Assembly: GCA_002269645.1 (NCBI GenBank)
Contig: NIVC01000028.1
Span: 124,001 to 188,000, forward strand
From: Macrostomum lignano
Lineage: Eukaryota
Direction: 5' to 3'
DNA: 64,000 nt
Of the stretch, positions 58,404-64,000 are shown piece by piece (positions within the stretch are counted from its first letter, which is position 1; each line of letters opens with the position of its first letter). The notes beneath the pieces were generated by a model. That model did not search any database, was not told the origin of the DNA, and saw only the letters and a list, made by a program, of their open reading frames with translations. The position numbers and the translations under genes are program-made.

Positions 58404-59511
58404 CTTCTTGCTGCTGCTGCTGAGTCTCCCGCGTTGCCAGCAAACGGGTGCGGGCCAGCGCCTGAAATTGGCCAATAGTTATTGAATCAGGATAGTTGCC
58501 TCACTTTGCCTATTATATCAGAGTCTACCTGATCTGTGTATAGCTTGTCAGAACCTTGCCTCTCTCTCTATTAACTTGCATTCTTCATCTCTCAACTAAC
58601 CGGCTATTTATATACCGTACAGACACAAAGAGAGCGCAACTAAAACAGTTACGAGAACAGTGAAATTTTGCAGAGAGAGAGAGAGAGACAGAAACTGTGT
58701 AAGAGAACTCAAGAAAAAAGAATCTCAAACCAGACTTGAAAGCAGACTCGCGCATACAAAAGATAAAGACAGCGAATGGCATTTTGACATTACCCAACCG
58801 AACTGGGGAGGGGAGAAATGGCAGCTTCAATATATGATAAGACTCGATAAAATGCCTTGGCAGCGTTTCACCCCCCCACCCTCTCAAATATGGCGGGCCA
58901 CGCGGATGAGGAATTAAGATGATGAATTTGTACAGACTCGCAGAGATTTCCAGGAACAAGAGTTTGAACAGGGTAGGCAGGAGAGCAAACACACACACAC
59001 ACAGACACACACACAAGCTCACCAGCAAAGATGACAGAACAGTCAGAGCGGAGCTTAAATAGGCCAAGCAGAGAGATAGATAAAAAGAAGAAATGCGGAT
59101 AATGTAAGAGAAATCAGTTCTGTACCAAACACTGTTGAGAGCATCGCCATCCTCTCTGATACAAATCTAAGCCCGTGTGTGCTGAGATACAGATCCCCAG
59201 AGAGGAATAGCCTTAACCAAACAGAGAAGCGCTTTGCCATGCAAACAGCTGCAAACTGCGCAGCAAGGAATTGCATGTGTACTCAAGGACTGATTAAATC
59301 CATTTTTATAAGCGTCAATATCTATTAGCAGCAGGTTTTTACTAATGAGATTCATTCTTTCTGGCGATAAATAACAAATCCACAGGTGTTTTTTAAAAGC
59401 GTCACCACTTGCAGAGGCCTCGCCATTGTGGGGGGGGGGGACATGTCCCCTATAGTCCCTTGGTCCCCACACATTATGACTCGTCTTGGAAATTAAAAAT
59501 CTTGCTTTAGG

Positions 59512-60240
59512 GCGGCGCCAAAATGAGTGCCTGTCTGTGGCGCCAAAATTAGTGCCTGTCTGTGGCGCCAAAGTGAGTGCCTGTTTGTGGCGCCAAAGTG
59601 AGTGCCTGTCTGTGGCGCCAAAATTAGTGCCTGTCTGTGGCGCCAAAGTGAGTGCCTGTTTGTGGCGCCAAAGTGAGTGCCTGTCTGTGGCGCCAAAATG
59701 AGTGCCTGTCTGTGGCGCCAAAGTGAGTGTCTGTTTGTGGCGCCAAAGTGAGTGCCTGTCTGTGGCGCCAAAATGAGTGCCTGTTTATGGCGCCAAAGTG
59801 AGTGTCTGTTTGTGGCGCCAAAGTGAGTGCCTGTCTGTGGCGCCAAAATGAGTGCCTGTTTATGGCGCCAAAATTAGTGCCTGTCTGTAGTACCAAAATG
59901 AGTGCCTGTCTGTGGCGCCAAAATGAGTGCTTGTCGGCGGCGCCAAAATGAGTTCCTGTCAGTGGCGCCAAAATGAGTGCCTGTCTGTGGCGCCAAAATT
60001 AGTGCCTGTCTGTGGCGCCAAAATGAGTGCCTGTCTGTGGCGCCAAAATGAGTGCCTGTTTATGGCGCCAAAATGAGTGCCTGTTTATGGCGCCAAAATT
60101 AGTGCCTGTCTGTGGCGCCAAAATTAGTGCCTGTCTGTGGCGCCAAAATGAGTGCTTGTCGGTGGCGCCAAAGTGAGTGCCTGTCTGTGGCGCCAAAATG
60201 AGTGCCCGTAACGCCAAAATGAATGCCTGCGGCGCCTAAA
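59512..60240. repeat. 25-bp minisatellite (GTGGCGCCAAAATGAGTGCCTGTCT) x ~29
   Basis: Tandem copies ~1.1-1.8 kb upstream of the TCF ATG. Confidence 0.95.
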
Positions 60241-61324
60241 ATCGGTACTAATTACACCAATTCCTATAGGATTCCCGGCTTTGTTCCCTCAGCCCATCAT
60301 AAAATCCATGGGAACAGCGCTAACCAGTTGGATAGTTGAGATAGACAAAGTGCAATACAGGTGCAACAGGAAATAACAGACTTAAATACTAGTTAATATA
60401 TTTCAACAATGCTAATAATATACAAAGACAAGGCTGCGCTGTCTAATAAAAAACATAATATATATAAATTTAATAATAACACACGACACAAGCGTGGGCA
60501 GGGAGACTCTAAAGCCATTATATCTATTTAAGCTTGATTGACAGGGCCAAAACTCTGTAACTAAGCCCTATTCCAACGCGTTGGCTCTTAAACGGGCCCG
60601 CTTATTTAAAGATAAAGCGGCAGCATATATGGAATACAGATACTGCCACCGTCAGTGCGGTGCGGGGTGCCGGCATGGTGTCTTCTTACACACAATAGCA
60701 GAGAGAGAGAAGAGATCTGCTGCAACCTACCGCCTTCTCTTATGACCCACCTCCACTGTCCACCCCTCCTTGGCCCTTATACCCTTCCTTGCCATTTCTT
60801 CTTTTTCAAAAAAGGAAAGCATTATTATTATTAAGAAGCCACTTTACCACCGCTGCCAAGGCTCCCTGCACACTCTGCGAAACTGAACAAAAAACCTCCA
60901 TTCCTTCACAAAAGACCAACGCCAAGTACTAGCAAAAGCAAAGCCGCTTGAGCCTTGAAGCCAGCACAGTTTTTTAGAGAATGATTCAAGACCTGTCCTC
61001 AGCTTCGTGCTCCGCCCTCGTATAATATCATTTTTTGCTAGAGAGTCCGACAGCTCAGGCACTACCATATTAATATATTGCTTAGCTACCAAACTGAAGC
61101 ATAAATCACGCGCCAGCAAGGCAGGGGGGCCCGCGAACTGTTGAAGGCCAGTTAAGTAGGCGCCAACTACCAGAATATATATTGCTAGTTATCATCTATT
61201 TTTCTATCCCATTATCGTAATCAATTGATCAATTATTAACTGAAAAAATATTCCCAAAACAACTTGTAATAGCAGTGTTCGCCTATGTCATATAGCGCCT
61301 AATATTTATTGGTAATGTTTGCAA

Positions 61325-61510
61325 ATTGTGGCGCCATCCATTTCTCTTCGTTGTAGCGCCAATCATATGATGTTACAATTGTGGCGCCTTTTCTCTTTGT
61401 TGTGGCGCCATTTCTCTTTGTTGTGGGCGCCATTTCTCTTTGTTGTGGCGCCATTTCACTTTGTTGTAGCGCCAATCATATGATGTTAGTTACACTTGTG
61501 GCGCCAACCT
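61325..61510. repeat. ~21-bp repeat (GGCGCCATTTCTCTTTGTTGT)
   Basis: Four to five tandem copies plus flanking partial copies. Confidence 0.8.
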
Positions 61511-62659
61511 TTCCAGAGCAGTAGCGCATTTTTTTCCTTTGAAAATTCACAGTGCTCAGGTAAGAAATTATATAGACCAATCCTAGTACTAAATACTATC
61601 AATACGCAATGCTGCTCAGATTAAATAGCAACTTTTCTGGCGCCAACTAACACTTGACAAGCCTCCACAACAGCCACTTCATCTTCATCGAAGTCTGCCC
61701 ACAGAATCCAGTTCAGCAGACTCGGTCGGTCAGAAAGAAGTTCGAATTAAAAAAAACAGAAAAAATAGACTAACTGACGCCAATGGTGAAGTTCCAACAC
61801 CACCTGGTCCTGAACAATGCCTCCCTATAGGATATTTCATTTCCCAGAACTGCGCTTCCTATTCCCACTCGTCCCGCACTAAGTTGACAAGTCTGTGAAG
61901 TTTCCATCTGATATCCATACATATGCGAACCAAGACTAGAGGGGCCGGTTAATGCGGGACAGGGCCAAGTCTCATTTCATAGCTCATTCAGACAGTCCAC
62001 GATGATTTTCTATCAATTTTTTATCTATATCTGAACGGAATTTCACTCATTCATTGATTAGACAAGCCGCTGATTAACGGTCTAGAAAAAAATCTGAGTT
62101 CTTCACTACAGTTAAAATCGGTTATGCAGATAGTAAGGTTTTTCTGCCATGTGAAGATTTCCTTGCCCTGACCAAGTCACCAAGGACAAATATGCTGGCA
62201 TGATAAAGACCGACAGTATAATAAGGTTTAGAAAAGGACAAAGATATCGTATGGGTTTCTGACAAAGAATACTTCAACAAGCTGTCAAGTGACCCAAGCA
62301 ATGCATCAGTTATATTTTTCAAACTTTAACAAAAGTGTGTCTACTGAAGCACATCCTGCAGGTACATACGAATAAGAAACTCTGTATATAAACCTACCAT
62401 ATATAGACTTAAATGCACCAGGGAGATGCTTCAATAGATTATAGATAAAGGCCCACATCCACTCTACTAAAATCCATTCTGTAAATGAAATACCCTCATT
62501 ATACATCAATCAGTTCTACTTACTTTAACGGGACTAGATACAAAGCACAAAGATGTCTAGAAGTGGGGCTCCTTTCCAGCTTCCTTTTTTTATAATCCTA
62601 ACAAAATTTGCCTGCCTTAAAGTCGCAATCAAATTTTACATAAAATTGAAATCCCAAAA

Positions 62660-63640
62660 AGACAAAAATCGCCCCTGAAGAATCGCCTCTCTCACTCACT
62701 GAAATCCCAAGCTACAGAAAAAAATCGCCCCAGAAGAATCGCCCCTCACTCACTCACTGAAATCCCAAGCTACAGACAAAAATCGCCCCTGAAGAATCGC
62801 CCCTCTCTCACTCACTGAAATCACAAAAAGACAAAAATCGCCCCTGAAGAATCGCCCCTCTCTCACTCACTGAAATCACAAGCTACAGACAAAAATCGCC
62901 CCTGAAGAATCGCCCCTCTCTCACTCACTGAAATCACAAAAAGACAAAAATCGCCCCTGAAGAATCGCCCCTCTCTCACTCACTGAAATCACAAGCTACA
63001 GACAAAAATCGCCCCTGAAGAATCGCCCATCTCTCACTCACTGAAATCCCAAGCTAAAGACAAAAATCGCCCCTGAAGAATCGCCCCTCACTCACTCACT
63101 GAAATCCCAAGCTAAAGACAAAAATCGCCCCAGAAGAATCGCCTCTCACTCACTCACTGAAATCACAAGCTACAGACAAAAATCGCCCCTGAAGAATCGC
63201 CCCTCTCTCACTCACTGAAATCCCAAGCTACAGACAAAAATCGCCCCTGAAGAATCGCCCCTCACTCACTCACTGAAATCCCAAGCTAAAGACAAAAATC
63301 GCCCCAGAAGAATCGCCTCTCACTCACTCACTGAAATCCCAAGCTACAGACAAAAATCGCCCCTGAAGAATCGCCCCTCTCTCACTCACTGAAATCCCAA
63401 GCTACAGACAAAAATCGCCCCTGAAGAATCGCCCCTCACTCACTCACTGAAATCCCAAGCTAAAGACAAAAATCGCCCCAGAAGAATCGCCTCTCACTCA
63501 CTCACTGAAATCCCAAGCTACAGAAAAAAATCGCCCCTGAAGAATCGCCCCTCTCACTCACTGAAATCACAAGCTACAGACAAAAATCGCCCCTGAAGAA
63601 TCGCCCCTCACTCACTCACTGAAATGCCAAACTACAGACA
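62660..63640. repeat. ~58-bp minisatellite x ~17
   Basis: Unit AAAAATCGCCCCTGAAGAATCGCCCCTCTCTCACTCACTGAAATCCCAAGCTACAGAC. Confidence 0.95.
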
Positions 63641-64000
63641 AGAATCTCCCTCTGAACGAATCTTAGACACAAAAATGCAGTTAACACACAGAAAACTAAC
63701 AGTAGTGGTAGTGTCACATTACCTACCTTTAACCAATATGAAACAATTAACAAGATGAATCGAGCTACTGTTTTGGCCTTTCTTCTTAAACAAAAAGACA
63801 GTATTTTTGTTTTCGAATCTCTTCTAAAACTTAGCTGATTTTTTGAGAGAGAAAATATCGCAAACTATACTTGTCCCGCCGATTCTTATTATTGATTCGT
63901 TCTGGCGAGCTTTCGGGGTGGGGAGGCCGCCGCTCCGCTTTTTGAGATTGACAGGAGCAGAGAGAGGGGAGGGGGAGAGGAGGCGGCAGAGGAGGGACAG

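Noticed and set aside
60844-62560. Short minus-strand ORFs that might be transposase relics
   Set aside because: No catalytic motif, TIR or TSD could be identified.

Overview
Eukaryotic (animal) genomic DNA: GC-rich exons, short AT-rich GT-AG introns and a very high density of unrelated mini/microsatellites. The style fits a free-living flatworm such as Macrostomum (inference only). Most long ORFs in the supplied track are translations of tandem repeats, not genes. Gene content reconstructed by hand-splicing: (1) two intronless orphan ORFs (4.8-6.1 kb, minus strand); (2) a multi-exon ankyrin-repeat gene made of two tandem units (7.1-19.5 kb) with three frameshifts as assembled and a Ty1/copia element in intron 2; (3) a 73-codon orphan exon; (4) an intact 5-exon gene (20742-23923) for a ~930-aa protein without transmembrane segments, with architecture TIR-like/TIR-like/STING-CBD/TIR-like/STING-CBD, which is the highlight of the window; (5) a decayed second STING copy near 28.5 kb; (6) an SVOP-like MFS transporter (minus strand) whose introns are largely satellite, with an antisense tRNA-Ile(GAT) in intron 1; (7) a two-coding-exon TCF/LEF gene with HMG box, basic tail and C-clamp. 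Several MITEs and a tRNA-derived SINE fragment are also present. Domain calls come from recognising motifs by eye, with no database searches.
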